Virus record (IMG/VR): IMGVR_UViG_3300005613_000078
Coordinates: 1-56,494 of that record
Direction: 5' to 3' (one strand)
Origin: a virus
Lineage: Duplodnaviria > Caudoviricetes
DNA length: 56,494 nt
A program made the translations under genes and the position numbers. This document shows, piece by piece, positions 55,020-56,494 of this stretch (position 1 is its first letter; each line of letters starts with the position of its first letter). A model generated the notes under the pieces. That model was not told the origin of the DNA. It saw only the letters and a list, made by a program, of their open reading frames with translations, and searched no databases.

Positions 55020-55592
55020 ATGGTTCTGAATATAAACGATAGTCAAATTAAAAATAGAAACTTTTTGTCTCCAACAGGATTCAAATTCAGTTTGAATAGA
55101 GCACCAAAAATTACTTTTTTTGGAAATTCTGCTAATATACCAGACATGACTCTTGGGGTTGCAAATCAACCAACATATTTAAAAGATATTGATACACCTG
55201 GAGACAAGATTGTTTTTGGTGATTTTTCACTAAAATTTCTTGTTGATGAAAATCTTGAAAATTATATGGAAGTGTATAATTGGATTAGGGGACTAGGATA
55301 TCCAGAAAGTTTACAAGAAATATATGATTGGCAAACTTCAAATGAAGTTATGAATCAACCAGACAAATCCCAAATGAATCTTTATTCAGATGGAACATTG
55401 CAGGTTTTAACTAGTCATCAAAATCCAAATTTTCAAGTAGTATTTAAAGATCTCTGGCCTTACTCTTTATCAACTTTACAATTTGATGCCACAAATGTTG
55501 ATGTAGAATACTTTACAGCAGAGGTAGTTTTCAAGTATACTATCTACAATATAACTGATTTATCTGGAAATAAACTTTACTATGGATCTTGA
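55020..55592 (+). CDS. gp3: tail completion / tube terminator gp3
   Basis: NFLSPTGFKF, FLVDENLENYMEVYNW and YSDGTL. Confidence 0.9.
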   Translation: MVLNINDSQIKNRNFLSPTGFKFSLNRAPKITFFGNSANIPDMTLGVANQPTYLKDIDTPGDKIVFGDFSLKFLVDENLENYMEVYNWIRGLGYPESLQEIYDWQTSNEVMNQPDKSQMNLYSDGTLQVLTSHQNPNFQVVFKDLWPYSLSTLQFDATNVDVEYFTAEVVFKYTIYNITDLSGNKLYYGS

Positions 55593-56013
55593 AAAAATTC
55601 AAGAAATGTGGGAAAAAGATGCAAAGATTGATATGGATAATCTCCATATAGAATCAACAAATATCCCCACACTTCATGCAAAATATTTTGAACTATATAA
55701 TACCATCTTTTTATTAAGAAAAAAAGCAGAACAACAAAGAAAAAATATTCGCCACGAACGATATGAATACTTTAGTGGAAAAGCAGATCCAGATGTTTAT
55801 GTCGATAATCCATTTCCCAAAAAAATTAGGGATAAAGAAACTATGCAAAAATATTTGGACGCAGATGATAAACTCTCAGGAGTTTCGTTAAAGATTGATT
55901 ACTACGATACAATGCTTGTTTACATTGAAAGCATTTTAAAGCAAATTACTAATCGCACATATCAAATTAAGAATGCAATTGAGTTTATGAGATTTAATGC
56001 TGGACTAGGGTAA
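55582..56013 (+). CDS. uvsY: recombination mediator UvsY
   Basis: IPTLHAKY, YFSGKA, YLDAD and RTYQIKNAIEF; between gp3 and uvsW. Confidence 0.92.
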   Translation: MDLEKIQEMWEKDAKIDMDNLHIESTNIPTLHAKYFELYNTIFLLRKKAEQQRKNIRHERYEYFSGKADPDVYVDNPFPKKIRDKETMQKYLDADDKLSGVSLKIDYYDTMLVYIESILKQITNRTYQIKNAIEFMRFNAGLG

Positions 56014-56020
56014 ATAAATA
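56014..56020 (+). promoter_or_regulatory. T4-type late promoter
   Basis: ATAAATA upstream of uvsW. Confidence 0.7.
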
Positions 56021-56041
56021 CCTATAGATGCATGGGATCAT

Positions 56042-56494
56042 GTGATTGATACAACGGCAAATCTTGTTATCTCAAAATCCAACGAAGTATTTTTAAAAAT
56101 TAATACGGAACCTCATATCGAATATGAACTTAGAGATCACTTTAAGTTTGAGGTTCAGAATGCAAAATTTATGCCACAATATCGTGGTAGGAACTGGAAT
56201 GGGGAGATACATTTATATGATATGAGATCCAAACAAATCTATGTTGGTTTGTTAGATAAGATTGTCAATTTTTGTGAGCAATACGGATATACATATAAAT
56301 TTGAAGATAATAAGTTTTACGGCACACCATATGAGGAGAATGAGCACATCTCATATGAAGGCGTTAAGGATTACATGCATTCCATTTGTGTCCATACTCC
56401 CAGGAAATACCAGATTGAGGGAGTATATGGTGCCCTAAAGCATAATAGAAAACTATTGATAAGCCCCACTGCCAGCGGCAAATCACTAATGATT
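56042..56494 (+). CDS. uvsW: UvsW helicase, 5' part (runs off the window; not in ORF track)
   Basis: Open frame from GTG: ...NEVFLKI...AKFMPQYRGRNWNGEIHL...PRKYQ...SPTASGKSLMI (Q motif and Walker A). Confidence 0.93.
   Translation, partial: MIDTTANLVISKSNEVFLKINTEPHIEYELRDHFKFEVQNAKFMPQYRGRNWNGEIHLYDMRSKQIYVGLLDKIVNFCEQYGYTYKFEDNKFYGTPYEENEHISYEGVKDYMHSICVHTPRKYQIEGVYGALKHNRKLLISPTASGKSLMI

Noticed and set aside
1-56494. tRNA, rRNA, photosynthesis genes, or alternative genetic code
   Set aside because: None recognised by eye (tRNAscan/Infernal not run). All three stop codons end genes normally and long genes are intact in code 11.

Overview
This window is part of a T4-like cyanomyovirus (Kyanoviridae-type) genome; essentially all real genes lie on the + strand. 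It has three parts. (1) Positions 1-4930 are an accessory region of about 17 mostly tiny ORFs. Nine copies of a 35-bp intergenic element (consensus ATTAAAGTTAGTAACCTcsAAAyGTCCCCTATAGT) punctuate it, each followed directly by either ATG or GTAAG. The region also holds an RNA-ligase-like KxDG nucleotidyltransferase, a Myb/HTH-like protein, and two related sigma70 promoters that face outward into non-coding DNA. (2) Positions 5136-7601 are host-promoter-driven genes, including a GT-A glycosyltransferase-like protein and a SET-domain protein. (3) Positions 7634-56494 are the late virion module: gp25, gp6, giant gp7-like, fibre-like, gp8, giant DUF4815-like, gp13-16, fibre and internal-protein genes, gp17-gp23, gp3, uvsY and the 5' part of uvsW, with many (T/A/C)TAAATA late promoters. 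The large terminase gp17 is a fractured gene: an atypically split intein (28-aa IntN, 103-aa IntC) with a free-standing GIY-YIG homing endonuclease between the halves. The best candidate for an undescribed system is the 35-bp repeat/mini-gene cassette array with its possible regulator. No database searches were run; family calls come from motif recognition and synteny.
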